A DNA stretch of 62,861 nucleotides, filler included, from Hausera hauseri (lineage: Eukaryota), in the NCBI GenBank assembly GCA_046269625.1. It is 11 parts of 11 records of this genome, joined end to end, with 100 filler letters (N's around TTAATTAATTAA, not from the genome) between each part and the next. Parts side by side here need not be neighbours in the genome. Positions count along the whole stretch, not along the records: positions 35,045 to 43,082 come from JBJURY010805420.1; positions 43,183 to 48,354 come from JBJURY010316495.1; positions 48,455 to 53,526 come from JBJURY010344824.1; 8 more parts are not named here. One strand, 5' to 3'. This document shows positions 37,480-51,452 of the stretch, piece by piece. How positions within the stretch are numbered: the first letter of the stretch is position 1; the number at the start of each line of letters is the position of its first letter. The notes below the pieces were generated by a model, which searched no databases, was not told the origin of the DNA, and was given only the letters and a program-made list of their open reading frames with translations. Both the position numbers and the translations under genes were made by a program.

Positions 37480-40400
37480 GTATGGTGAAAAAGTTAAAGT
37501 CTTTCTCCATTATTTATCATAAGAAGTATAACTCAAAAGAATCTCTTTCACAATATTTATCAAGATTTGAAAATTCTTCATCTGATATTCAAGAGTTAAC
37601 AAAAAGCGGCATTGTAAAATTTTCTGATTTTAAGAGTCAAGTGATGTTTAATTAGGAGCTATTGCGGCCAAGTGATATTTTCCGTCTATTCGAATTAGTA
37701 CCTATTAAGCATTATAAATATCTTGGTAAGCCGGTAAGTCCAGGTTCTCGACTGTCGGATTTAATATTCAAATCCATACCGGTTCCACCAAATTGTGTTC
37801 GCCCGTCTAACAAAAACATCGGTAATAATGCGAGGTTCGTATGTATTTGACTGATATCCAAACGTAATTCGCCCTTTTAGTCTTGAAGATGACATTACCG
37901 TCACATTGCGATGTATGATGGCTAATGTTTCTGACTTCGAAAGGCATCTTCAGTATGCTAGATTATTTAATCCGAGAATCCAAGGTCTAAAGGATAACGT
38001 TCGAATTAAAGGAATGAGAGAAAGATTAGCCGGTAAAAAGGGTCGTTTTCGAGATAATTTGATGGGAAAGCGAACGAATTTTACGGCTAGAACAGTTATT
38101 TCACCGGACCCCCATCTAAAAATCAACCAAGTTGGGCTTCCCGAGCACTGTGCTTTGAGACTGACATTTACCGAAGTTGTTACGAGCTTTAATATTGATT
38201 ATCTGAAAAAACTCATTCTCAACGGTCCCGACGTTCACCCGGGAGCTATTTGCTATTTCGAGGGATCAAAAATCACCGCCCATAATTCAATGTGGAACCA
38301 TCGTCTAATGTTGCCTCCGAGGGATGCCAAAAGACTCACGAAGGAAAAATGGCGCCAGATGGCAGTTACGAATCTTCGGATTGGGGATCTCGTTGAAAGG
38401 CACATTGACAATGGTGACATCGTGCTGTTTAATCGGCAGCCATCATTGCACAGGCCGAGTTTCCAGGCTTATAAAGTTGTCGTGAAGAAAATCAAAACTT
38501 TGAGTTTTAATCCGTGTTGTTGTCCGCCATTCAACGCCGATTTTGACGGTGACGAAATGAACATCCATTTCCCTCAGACGTACGAAGCAAAAGCTGAAGC
38601 CAAAGAGTTGATATCGGCCACGAAAAATACGACAAGTCCAAATAGTGGCGAACCACTAACGGCACCGCTTCAGGATATTTTGACGGCGGCTTACCTTTTA
38701 TCGTCACGGGATACGTTTTTAACTAAGGAGGAATTTATAACTCGAGTTTGTCAGATTTATCGGAACCGGAAAAAAGCGAAACGAATCATTCTACCGAAAC
38801 CGGCAATCATTCGTCCGCATGTGTTGTACACGGGCAAACAACTATTTCAATTGATTATCTCCATGTTCTGGACGGACAAAGGTGAATATTTCCTGCCGGA
38901 CGTTCGTATAAACCTCGTTGCCGAAAACAAGTCCTACTTGTCCGGTGAAGATCTGAACACGAACGATTCATTTGTTCGCATCCACAACAGTGAATTGGTG
39001 ATTGGGCAACTTGACAAGAAGTTACTTGGCAGCGGTAGCAAACAGTCATTGTTTTATAGAATTCTCAACGATGTCAGCGAAAAAGCCGCATGCAAAAGTA
39101 TGGAGCGGTTGAATTGCATAGCACTGAAACATCTGAAAGACGTTGGATTGACGATCGGTATGAAAGATGTGGCGACCAGTGCGAAACTGCAAAAATTCCG
39201 AGAACAATTGATTAAGGAAAAGTTTGATGCTTGCGAGAAGTTAGTCAAAGAGTATGAACAGGGTCTGCTGACGTGCAGTCCGGGTTGTAGTCTTGAAGAA
39301 ACGTTGGAAGCCGACATGTCGGATCAACTGTCGAAAATTCGTGACGAAGGCGGCAAAAAGTGCGTAGAAGAATTACCGAGATCGAACGCAGCTCTAATAA
39401 TGGCGGTCAGTGGATCGAAGGGATCGCTAATAAACATATCCCAGATGATGTTCTGTGTCGGTCAGCAGATCATTAGCGGGAAACGAATTGGCAATGTCAA
39501 AGGTACCAATCGAACCATGGTACTCTGTGAACCGAACAGTCGAAATCCGGTGTCCAACGGATTCGTAGGGAATAGTTTCTATAGCGGACTTAACCCAATG
39601 GAATTCTTGTTCCACGCAATGAGCGGTCGAGAGGGTCTCATCGATACGGCAGTCAAGACAGCCGAAACCGGTTACATGCAACGTCGAATGGTCAAGTTTC
39701 TCGAAGACGTCCGCGTCCCTTACAATGGAAGTGTTCGTGACTCATGCAATAACGTTGTGCAGTTTGTCTACGGTGACGATGGTTTTGATCCGTCGCGAAT
39801 GGAAACGAAATCATCGCCTTGCGATTTTGCAAAAGAACTTTACCACGCTCTACAGGATTGTTCAACGGATCCGGTATCACAGAATCCGGAATTGTTTGTC
39901 AAATCTATATTGGAACAATACGAAGATCGTTTTGAGGGATTGAAAGCGAAAATCCAAGACGGAATTCAATTATATCTCGAATCGCCGTATGGACAGTACA
40001 AAGGCATTACCGAATCCCAAATGAAATCATTTGTCGCAACGTGTTTTAAGAAATACCGTCGGGCCGTTATTGAACCCGGCACACCAGTTGGGGTACTGTG
40101 CAGTCAGAGCGTCGGCGAACCGGCTACGCAAATGACACTGAAAACTTTTCATTTCGCCGGCGTTGCCAGCATGAACATCACTCGCGGAGTTCCACGAATG
40201 CAAGAAATTCTCAATGTTGTCGCCGACATCAAAACGCCCATTGTCACGGTCTATCTCGACGAGAAGATGTCGAAAAATTCGGCATTGGCTGTCCAACGAA
40301 AGATTTACCCGGTGTTATTGCGGGACGTGATTATTCGGTCTCAAAGAGTCATTAACAACGATTGCATGTTTCTCTACGTCTATCTGGATAATAAAAAACT

Positions 40401-41175
40401 CATGGAACACGGAATTGACAAAGAAGTTCTGGAATGGAGTCTCCGTAATGTCAAAATGCCGGATTGTGAGTTTAGTGTCGTATGCAAAATTGACGGAAAG
40501 ACGCATATTGAAGTGTGTAGTGAGAATACGATAAATTGTCAAACGATGATTGGTCTGTTGGAAAATATTCAAGTAACAGGGTTGCCATCTGTTAAACAGG
40601 CTATTGTTCAACAACGTACGGAAAAGGATGAAATCAACATATTCGTTGAAGGGGGACGATTGAGTAATATTCTGGCCGTAAAAGGTGTCGATTGTACTCG
40701 TACCCATTCAAATCACATTCTCGAAATGGAACGTGTTTTGGGAATTGAAGCGGCACGGCAAACGATAATTGACGAATTCCGTGCGGTTATGGAAGCCCAT
40801 AGTTTGTCACCGGATATCCGACACATTTCTCTACTTGCTGATACCATGTGTAATTTGGGTAAAGTCGTTGGGTTTCAGAGAAGTGGTATGGATAAAGCCA
40901 AATCCAGTTTTCTTATGTTAGCCTCGGTATGATTATTGGCCGTTTTGACGAATTTCTAGTGGATTATTTTATTGTAGTTTGAGAAAACCCTTGATCATTT
41001 GTTGGAGGCTGCTTATCATGATCAGAAAGACGAAGTCAATGGGGTTTCGGATAACATCATTATGGGAAACACAATTAGTCTTGGTACCGGCACCCACTCT
41101 ATTATTATGGACTCAGATAAAACCTTTCCCAAAGACAATAATTCGCGCAAAAGACCCTGGACATCCATTTATTGA
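37480..41175 (+). CDS. POLR3A: RNA polymerase III largest subunit (RPC1), divergent; N-terminal ~160 aa not found
   Basis: GRFR.NL.GKR, NRQPSLH, NADFDGDEMN, TAVKTAETGY, TQMTLKTFHFAGVASMNIT (RPC1-type), LASFEKT; introns about 37614-37655, 37834-37880, 40927-40977. Confidence 0.9.
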
Positions 41176-43499
41176 TTCGATTAAACCATTATTTCAGACT
41201 TTGTCTTTGTTAATTTAAGAATTTTTATTTAAACTTGAGAATGCGACGTCAATATTCGAAATGCAGAAATTACAACATTCGGACTATTTTTCTAATATCG
41301 CACAGTAAATTCCGGGTAAAAAATAGCGAATTGTTGATGATCTAAATTAATTTCTATCTGAAATATATAGTTTAATTCAACGCAGTTCGGGATTTTTACA
41401 ATTATCAATTCAATGTCACTCTTAATGCATCATGTTTACCGTTTTATAATGCTTAGCTAACTAAGATATATTTATTCAACTAAATAGCTAATCATAATTA
41501 AGTTGAGTAGGTCTTTGGTTACGTAGAATGAGTCGAAGAAGATTAATAAGATAAAATTAGTCCAAAATGACAATAAACTCTGAATAATAAGTCCCAACGA
41601 TAAGAGATGAACTGTCTATTTTAAAATTTTTTAAATCAAAAAATCTGTATTTTACATCTATACAACATATTTTTTAACATTTGCTTTCATTTCCGCAACG
41701 AGATTGTTAACATTGTTCCATTATCAAAATTGTCTGTAAAATTAGCCCTAAATTGGTACATAACATTTCATCGACCAAATGCATTGTCAGAGATTTGATT
41801 CAACGTTGGATCATAAAGATGGTTGAAGAAATCTTCAACCAAATACAAGATAACGAATGCTTCTGTGGCAATAAGGCACTTTGAAAAATTGAATATGGCC
41901 GATACATTTTCTTTTTACCGATATTTACTGAAAACACTCCCAAGTAAACTTCATCTGACAAACGGTAAAATATCCAAAATACATTACTCATTGCATGATA
42001 TAATGACAAAGCACATTCTTTCCTTATTTGGCTCTTCGTAGTTGCAAATATAAAGAGCGAAAGAAGCAATTTCAGAAATACTAATTTCCGTTAAAGGGGT
42101 AATGTACATATAATGGAGCAGTCGACGGGATTGACAATATTAATTTTGTTTACCTCCAAAACCTTTATAAATGACTCTTTTTCAACTCCAAACAGTAAAT
42201 GGACAAAACTCAACGTTAAAATCACATTCAACTGCATTAAATTAAAAACATCGTCAATTTTTTGAAGAATTGTTTTGCAGAATTTTATTATCCATATGAT
42301 AGTATTCTTCTGCATGCTAGCAGGGAATATTGACAAAGTGAAATGACGTAAACATTTCAATGGTCGGATATTGACAAAGATGAAGTAACAGTTGTATCTT
42401 TTATATGGGGTACGGTTCACTCCGAATTGAGAGACGAATAAGAGTAATTTAATGATCGACAACTGGTACATTCCATTGATTGAAATGTGTCCGAGCGCCC
42501 CCACGACCGCGGCACCGCAAGGTCATTCATAGTTCGCTATTTTTTGGTGAGTACTGTAATGAAAACTAAGCTGATGAAGACAATGAACGTAATAAAATAA
42601 ATCTAAACATTTATTAATGTTTATCAATAATTCACGACATGAGGCAATTGAAAAGAATATTTCGAGCCGAACAACGTGACTATGTGAAACCACGCATGAC
42701 ATTTTGCTGTTATTTAACAATATATCGAAATTCAAATCAATTTGCTCATTTTGTAAGTTATTGATGCCCATTTTATGTTACATATGTTTCGTTTTAGTGA
42801 TACTCGTTCATGTTTGTATAATTTTTATGCCAAGACGTTTTTGGTGCGTCCTGATTTGGATGACTTAAAAGCTTTGTTTAAGTTGATAAAAATAATTCAA
42901 AATGATGAGATATTTTGCATTTTTAAAAAATGGGAGAAAGAGCATCCTAGCTACAACAAAAATGACGCCTACCTCCAGCTAAACGGTGACCATATTCGAA
43001 CTCCGCACAGGGCATAACAGACTTTAAGTTCCACATGTTCAATAAATTGAAGATAGGAACCACCGATCAGTGTGACAGCTGANNNNNNNNNNNNNNNNNN
43101 NNNNNNNNNNNNNNNNNNNNNNNNNNTTAATTAATTAANNNNNNNNNNNNNNNNNNNNNNNNNNNNNNNNNNNNNNNNNNNNTAGGGAGACAATCAGGTC
43201 CGGGCAAGCAGGTGTTTCATGAAATGCAATGTTTCTGCAGGGCCATGCATTGTGCAAGCGGTTTGTGCATTCAAACTCAATCATCAGGATATTATCCCCG
43301 CCCCTTTGTTACTAACTTTATTCATCAGACTCGTTTGCTCTTCCAGCCGAGTCTTGTATTCCACAGGTTGTGAAGTACTCATCCGTCGCGTCGTCTAATC
43401 CCGAAAAGTACAAGCAGCGGAACATACTGTGCACAAGATGCGGTTATCCTCACCTCGTGGATTACATGATCTTATAGTGCAAGTGCCCTATGTATCAGC

Positions 43500-46400
43500 C
43501 CGCTGTGGTCGCCCGCTTCCTTCAGAACGTAGAGGATCTAGAGAATAGAGGGGTAAACAGAATCTTGGAAACAGACATAGAAATGAATTGAGGACAGAGA
43601 AGTGCAGCACGCACTGCACGCATGTGTAGAATTAGGTTCTTCATGGAGAAATGAAGGTCTGTAAACTGCAGGTTCAGCTCGCGTGGCCAGCAATCAGGAA
43701 AATGGACACCCCACACTATTCGTCTCGCAGCATCCAACATCAGCCTGTGAAGTCACAGCATATGTGTGACCGTTGCGTCCCTATTACTACTGAATATAAT
43801 CATGCACACTCGGCAGTCAACTGAACATTTAGCTGTCGCAAGCATTCAGTGAAGCAGAACAGACAGTGATATTCGTATCCGTTGCTTAAGTGGAAGTAAT
43901 CCTGGCAACGAACGTTGTACAAAAACGACGCAGCTCAGACATGTCCAAACCAAGAAGGCGTGCAACTCAACCAAGAGTCAACGATGTGCCGCATGAAAAT
44001 TGCGCTAACATTGGTTATGCTTCCATACTCAAATTCGCAGGGAACAGGGCGCATTTCCGACTGTTCGAAAGCTTAGACAAATACGTATCCTCGAGTTGTC
44101 CAGCATATACAATCGTCCCCCAAAAAGAATACGCTGTGAATATCCGGGATCCAAGCGTCAGAATCGTTTGCCAGATTCCTTGTTTCATTTGTCAGGCAGT
44201 CAACATGTTCATGGCGCCCGATACCACAGCGAGGAAAGATACACTGTAGTTCACTTTTCATTCCTTTGCCCTGCGGGTCTAAAAGACACTTCCAACCGCC
44301 ACTGAGTCGCTGGCAATTTGTTGCCTCGAACTCTTGGATCGAGCACATAAACAATGGCTAAAAATGCGAGTGAAATGTAAGCCTTCCACGCGGCACACGT
44401 TGTAGAAGACACAAGTCAGTCGTCCTTCTCAGCGTAATAATCACTTCAACGCACTCTGCGTAATAGCTTCAAAAACGATGCGGCAGCACATTGGGAGAAT
44501 ATTGTCATCAGTTCAGCATTGTGATAGATAGTGGCTTCTGCACTAGATCTGTTCAGCATAATTGCCAATCCCGCTGTCCACAGCTCACGAGATGTTTTTG
44601 TTTTAAAAGAGTCTGCATACAAGGCACTATACTTCTGGTGCAGTCCATGCGTCTGTATACTAACACCATTACGAGGTGTAGCAATCGATATTTTATCAGC
44701 AATCACATTGTGATCATAAGAGATTGTAAGACCAGACCATTCATAACTGGAAAAATACGAAGGAAGACAGTGAAAGAGTCTCCAAGCTAAATAGTCCTCT
44801 GTAAAATTCCCCTGACACTGCAATCGTTGTCAACCCAGTGTCTTGCATGAGAGCGCATATTGCAATCCCACACTGATACTACTCCTTCTGGGGATGACAA
44901 AAGTGCCTCAACAAGGGCATGCCGCGGAGCTAAGGATGGAGACGATGAATAAGCAATAATCTCAGTCGCTTTACATTGCATAGTCTCCATTTTGTTAGTC
45001 ACTGACAGGCGCGCCAGTGTCCACAACGCACCAACACAAGAACAGGCGGCTGCTCACTAGCCCTAAATGGAAAGCTTGCAATCTGTCACATTTAAACCCT
45101 CACGGGCGTCCCGTAATTGTTAGTAGTCTCTGTAGATAGATGCAAAGGTTACCAGCACATGGAAAGTATGCCCGCTACAACGACGAGAGATCCATTCTTA
45201 CAAAAAACGTAATAATGCATGCCGGTCCTCGGCTATGCGCATATTACCATACATCATAAGCAAAAGAATCTGTGGTCTCAGACCCAAATACAATGCGTCT
45301 TCGATGGATTAGCCACCAGAACGTATTCCATTGACCACTCTGCAACTATATTAGCATCAACTTGCAAGAGTTTCTTTATACTGTTTATATTACAATCTCG
45401 GTAGATTAGTGTCAGCTCTTCTTCATAAAAACCATGTGTCATTCTATCCTCAGTGTATCGAGATGCGAACTCCTCACCAACAATGAAGGTTTGTGGCCAG
45501 AGATTTGCCCCCTGCAGTACAGCACATGCAAACACGGTTGTTTGTCAGCATTCTGTGCAAATACGCACTCTCATCTGACGGTCTGGAAGAAACTACAGTA
45601 TTCAGTGTGTTGGAGATTCAACACATCAAAATATCGCATTTCCATAATGACCCTTCCACGATCAATAGGGTCGAAAGCGCGTGCAAAGTCCATGAGCACA
45701 GCCCCGCTTCCCTAAGAGTGGCTATCTCATAAAGGATGGAAATATAGACACGCCAGTTGGTCAACCTAGACCACCCGAGGTGAAAACGGGAATGTCGATC
45801 ACATGGTTTATCCTCTAAATGGACACACAACCTCGACGACACAATACGTTTCATCACTTTAGATAAATTGCTTGTTTGCGTTCTAGGGCGATATAACGAG
45901 AGCTCCAAGGCGGGTTGTTTCGGCCTTAGTATGGGAATAATCTCACCGTTCTCCCAAACATGGAGGGCAGCACCAGTTACATTCTTTGAGGCATCGTGGA
46001 CAAATACAATCAGGCGCAGCTGATGTATGAGTAGCCAGCGAAGGTGTTGCCGACCTGAGTTCATCGCGTGAGATCGGACTCAACTCACTAACCCCAGGAA
46101 CTCGTCCGAGAGGAAGTGCATTTTTGGATCTCACTGACAGATTCAGAAATATACGTAAAAGAGCTGTGGCATGTTTGCGATCAGTCGAGATTATTTAAAC
46201 AACCACCACTGCAGAGGCTTTGAGCAATCGATGTATGTGAATCATAGGAAGTCATTCACCAACTAGACATAGTATTGCACAGCATGGATGAATGTGACCT
46301 TTGCCATCCCTTTGATATTGACATCAATAATTGTTCCCGTAGCTCTGTAATACGTTTCAGTCTGCTAGAAGTATTCTGTTTGCTTCGTATCGTCTTTTCT

Positions 46401-47462
46401 CACTCATCTAATTCTGCTGATCAAAGAACAGGAATAGTTGTAGCGCCACAGGGGACCGGACGTGTAACCTTTTGTCGAACAATCGAACCAAGGACTCTTT
46501 CTACATTATGAATCCAGTCCTTCCTTCTCAGCTTTTTGATGCTTCGTTCGATTTCAGCGTTGCGTGTCGGCAAATTTGCTTCAGCCCGAGAGTAGCGCGG
46601 CCAGCTAGGCTTGTTCCTTGATATCGGGATGATGAAATCCACATCAACAACTTCAAACATATGATATCAATGATCACTATCGAAGCTAGGTACTATACGT
46701 CAGTCAATGAGTCCACAGTGCTTGCACAATGTAATATCGGATAATGACTTATATCCATTGTATGGAGAGGCCCGAGTGTGAGAACCATCATCGCAACTCT
46801 CGCAATGATTGGCAGCAGACAATTCCACAAGAGTATGTCCACAGTCATCCGAAGCAACTTCCACATCCCAGGCACAACGATGCGGACTGCACGCTATCCA
46901 ACGTACGTGTGAATCGTCTACCAAACCCGCCTTCAGCCAGCACCATATTGAGAAAGCACTTTAGGGTAAAAGATTCTGGCGCTGCCCAAAAGGACTTGTC
47001 ATCGGAAAACAAAAGAAAAACAGAAACAAATCCAAAACGAGAAACAACTTGTTGTCCAGTTGAAACACGTCCTCCTTCCTTGATTAGAAATGAGACAGCG
47101 CCGCTTTGCGACTCTCCAGTGACAGAACCATGCTGATATCCGGGTGTGCTGAAGCATCGCACCTCAACCACAGACAATGTCGTCTCACACCGGAGATAAA
47201 ATGTTACATTATAACAATGTGACATGCTAGCTAAAGCCAATCGCTTTGTGTGGCTTAGTCCTGCTGCATTCACTTCCAGATCCTTCACCAAGGGCCTAGT
47301 GTTCCTTTCCTTGTCAGCACTATCTAACAGTTTAAAGATCATTGACATTGTAGTTGCGTGTCTATGTGCGCAGTGAAACACTCTCTTTTCCTTCTTGACT
47401 TCACGGAACACCGTTCCTGCGGTACCTCTACCCTGGTAGTCAACAGATTCAACCACCAACAC
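43500..47462 (-). mobile_element. Ingi/L1Tc-clade LINE, heavily decayed (APE-RT-RNase H)
   Basis: APE start VNAAGLSHTKRLAL...ETTL...GYQH...GAVSFLIKEG; RT WENGEIIPILRP...YRP..TSNLSKVMKRIV, VLQG..LWP, FYEEELTL; RNase H-like LYADS...AEL. Confidence 0.8.
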
Positions 47463-47610
47463 ACCTCTTGCCTAGATAAGTGTGCGTGTGTTTGTGAGCG
47501 TATACGCGTACGCGCGTGTGTTGTGCGTGCCTGCGTGTTCATGTTCTAGTTTAGCGAAAGTTAGTCTTGCACGTCTTCTTTTATTATTGATGTCAGTGCT
47601 TGTTCTGATG

Positions 47611-47840
47611 CTTGGTCTCAGTTGCCTTGATATTTGATCTGTTTACAGTGCCTGGTCTCAGTAGCCTTGATATTTGATCTGTTTACCGTGCCTGGTCTGA
47701 GTAGCCTTGATATTTGATCTGTTTACAGGGTCTGGTCTCAGTTGCCTTGATATTTGATCTATTTACCGGGCCTGATCTCAGTTGCCTTGATATTTGATCT
47801 GTTTATCGTACGTGGTCTCAGTTGCCTTGATATTTGATCT
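47611..47840. repeat. Minisatellite, 40-bp unit x about 6
   Basis: cctggtctcagttgccttgatatttgatctgtttacagtg at 47611, 47651, 47691, 47731, 47771, 47811. Confidence 0.95.
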
Positions 47841-48539
47841 ATACGTAAGCATAGAAAGGGAAGCGGTAAAGGAAGAGAAAACTATCATTAAGCACCTTGC
47901 CGACTGTACTTGGCCATAAGAACTCTCTCAAATTGTTTATCTGCTGTGATGGACATCAAAGCTGTCGTTAGCCCTGGTACTGTGTAACAAGGCTGGTTAT
48001 TAACCGCCGTGAATCCTCACAGAATCTTCGCTTCGCAGTTCCGGGACGACATCGATACACTACAGAGGCAACATTGTGAAGGGGATTTCGCCCATACCGC
48101 CATTGTGACTCCTGGGCAACAGCAAAAACTTAAGAGATTCCTTAGATGAGTAGTGGACCACTTCTATGAGGCTAAGCATAGCATCACCGCAGGAGGACCT
48201 CGGTCCATCTCTTAAATACCAACCATGACAGTAGGAACGATCAGCTTGTCTTGTCTTGTCTTGACATCGATCCACACTCATCGAGCGTCAGCTCTTATTG
48301 ACTTTGATGCCAATATATGGTACTGTGCAGTTTTAATAAGCTGCTGTGGGCTGCNNNNNNNNNNNNNNNNNNNNNNNNNNNNNNNNNNNNNNNNNNNNTT
48401 AATTAATTAANNNNNNNNNNNNNNNNNNNNNNNNNNNNNNNNNNNNNNNNNNNNAATGACAAATGATGAGAAATACACAAAGTATAGTTAATAGTCAGTA
48501 TTTAGTTTGCTGACACTTCCTTACACCATACTTGTCTTA

Positions 48540-49170
48540 TCACTTCGATTAGGTGTTGTAAGCTACTTGGATGATGGGCAGCAACTTTAACTTTCAAAAT
48601 GCGTCACAGATTCTCAATGCGGTTGAGGTCCGAACTATTTCCAGGCCACGGAGCTGATACCTCAACTCCAGAATCCTCAAGCCACTNNNNNNNNNNTTTC
48701 TCACCATCCTGGCTAGGTGGCACATAGCTCCGTCGTGAATAAAGATAGTAACATTACGACAAGTCATCATGGGCCGCAAATACTCCTGAAGAATTTCTAA
48801 ATAGTTTGTGGCAGTCATTGTCGTGTTCTTTGGCAGAAAATACAGATTACATCCACCAGAAGCAGCAATACTATCCCAGATCATAACGCTGGCAGAGTGC
48901 TCTACTGTGGGAACAACGTATTCAGCATCATTCAGTAGCAATTTTCCTTAATGGTGTGGCTGGCTTGATAATGCTCCTGCGTCGAATAATGCGATCTGTC
49001 GTTGGTGTAATGATACGTGGTCGGCCGCTCCTTGGCCGTGTTGCAACATCAGCCGCTTGTCTGTAGATGATACCACACGCTTAGTGAGACCAAGCATTTC
49101 AGCTATACGCACTTGCGGCATACCAGATTGATGCAGCACAACGATTTGGCTTCTTAAATTAGTAGACTGA
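48540..49170 (-). mobile_element. Tc1/mariner transposase remnant
   Basis: HTH IVVLHQSGMPQVRIAEMLG; TVEHSASVMIW, FIHDGA.CH, PGNSSDLN.IENL. Confidence 0.85.
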
Positions 49171-49229
49171 CAAGCATAATGTAAGAAATTGCAGGCAGAA
49201 TTTTGATTGGTTAAGGTTGGTAAATATAG

Positions 49230-50500
49230 AACACAAAGCAAAAAATTGATTTGATGTTTGTATTATTGCTATTATCTCCATATGTTTCTTGAATTTCCAC
49301 ATCCAAAAAGTGTCATGCTCAGTGCAATTCTGTCGCAAATATCTGCGCAATGTACTCAGTGCCATTAAGGCCTCTTCGTTGGACTTGAAGTTTCTGCAGC
49401 TCTGCCGACTTCAAAGCATTTGATGAATTGCCCTCGTTGGCCTTATCGTTGCTGTCGCTTTCCAACTGACTGCCTCTCACAGATGTGCAGATTTCCGCAT
49501 CCGTCATGTCTCCACAGCACTCGAGATTGTCGTCAATATCAATGTCGTCCGGTAAGGGCGTGGGCAAACCGTCGTCTTCAGGCGCATTGGTAGTGATAAA
49601 ACCTTCATTAAGCTGAAGTGACGTTTTGATCCGCTGCAAGGCTCGCAGCGCATTCACTCCTCGAGCCGTTTCAATGGCATAATTGCCAGTGGCCTCAATT
49701 ACACCCAGAATGTACCGCATCACTGCCGTACGATAATGGCATTCGATAGTGCGAACAATGTCTTGATCAAGCGGCTGGATCAGTAAGGTAGTGTTTGAAG
49801 GAAGGAACACCTGTTTTTCCGTTACATGTCAGCATCAAATATGGCGCAAACATGGGAAAAAAGATCGGCGGTCATCCACGAGTTCGAATTCGTAAAGTAA
49901 GGCAGCGGCACTTTCTTGGTGCCTTTAAAGCACGCCGGTTTTTCCGACTTCCTAATCACAAAAACACGCTTGTCAGACCCACTGGCGTTGATGAGGAAAG
50001 CCAGAGTCAGTCGCTCTTTTGGCGCTTTATCTCCAGTTGAATTACTTTCTTTGTAGGCAAGTGTACCAGATGGCATAGCCCGGTACAGAAGGCTAGTCTC
50101 ATCCATATTGTACTGATCATCGACGTTGTACTGTTTTCATATTCCGGGAAGAACATTTTCAATTCAGTTCTCGGCTCCTGCTGTATCGGCGACTCCGAGC
50201 TGCAGAGCTAATTGTGTCGCTTTCTCCAGCATCAGGGGTCCGCTCATGGCCGCATTCTTTACTCGCATTTGCTTGAACCACTGAATCACAGCCTGTTCCA
50301 CGTCCTCATTTGAGCTCTTGCGTTGTCGTTTCCGTTGTACGTTTCGGTTTTCCAGAGCCTGAGCTCGAATATTGTCGCCTTTAGCATTAATGTTGGCTAC
50401 AGCCGATCGCACAATGCCAAACTTATCGGCAATTTGCTGCTGAGTAAGCAAGTTGGCTTCCAAGAGATCCAATATTTCAATTTTTGCTGCCCAGATAGAA
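49230..50500 (-). mobile_element. Tigger/pogo (CENP-B-like) transposase remnant
   Basis: IADKFGI.RS, VEQAVIQWF..MR, NMDETSL.YR.MP, KERLT...NASGSDK, FLPSNTT.LIQPLDQ. Confidence 0.9.
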
Positions 50501-50503
50501 CCA

Positions 50504-50790
50504 CCATCAGATAATATACTGGAAGTGAATTGAAATCGCAACATTAAATATGCGAAGAGACTATTTTATAATGTGCACACAAACGCCAAAATTCTAATTT
50601 TAATAATTTGAAAAAGTGAGGATACAAGATTTGAAGCGGAGTTTAAATGTCCAAGCGGAAGATTTATGCCTGCTTCAAAATTTTAATTCTTAATTGCCAA
50701 TTTTAGTGTTTTGGTGCATGTTGCGTAATAGTCTCTTCTCATATTTAATGTTGCGATTTCAATTCACTTTCAGTATATTATCTGATGATG
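50504..50790. repeat. Foldback/MITE-like inverted repeat (imperfect arms about 110 bp)
   Basis: catcagataatatactggaagtgaattgaaatcgcaacattaaatatg and its reverse complement at about 50738-50788. Confidence 0.8.
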
Positions 50791-51452
50791 ATGGTTACGA
50801 AAGTGAAACACGTCGTACAAAGAATGTACATTCTGAACCGAGGTCAACTTTGTTAAAAAGCAGATACTGGAATTATTGACAACTAATCAAATGTTTAAGG
50901 TTATTTAGAGACGAAACGGATAATTTGAAGGATCGGTGCGAAAGATATCTGTGATAGCTTCCATAATTGACTATTGTCGATTGTCTTGATCATCTTTCAT
51001 TCCATGAAGTCATACGTTATGGAACTACTCTACTTCCAAGATAGTAACGTTGGTAACACTAATGTAGTACCCTTAATATTGTCCACGCGTTTGGAACACA
51101 CCTGTGTTTTTAGTCATCCATTTCTGCATTACTAGAACTTTGTGTGGTGATATAGAGTTTCTCTGAAACATATAAGACCTTCCATTTCGTACACAGTTAA
51201 TTCATGACCTCAACATAAGTAGTAAACTTAACTGATATCTGATTTTCTTTTTCCTGTCTTCCTCTTTCCCTTGTTATCTTTGTGATCAACTTCTATGATT
51301 GTACATTCTGACACAGGCAAATATTTTTCAAGTGAGATCTGGATTTCTGAAAGCGTTTGGAATTTTTTGATCGTTGAACACGAACGATCAGGCACTAAAA
51401 TAATATCGAAATAAGAAGGATCTTTAGTAAATCTTAATTTTCCTTAATTCAG

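Noticed and set aside
30915-40707. Antisense and alternate-frame ORFs over Nup155 and RPC1
   Set aside because: Shadow ORFs of long real exons
47255-47300. 2A peptide (DLEVNAAG) at the Ingi N-terminus
   Set aside because: Lacks NPGP; better explained as the first motif of the APE domain
47611-47840. CRISPR-like array
   Set aside because: Strict 40-bp period with only a few variable bases, no unique spacers, no cas genes, eukaryotic context
48245-48354. Hammerhead ribozyme in the shared repeat
   Set aside because: No CUGANGA/GAAA core with compatible stems found; it looks like a retroposon 3' tail
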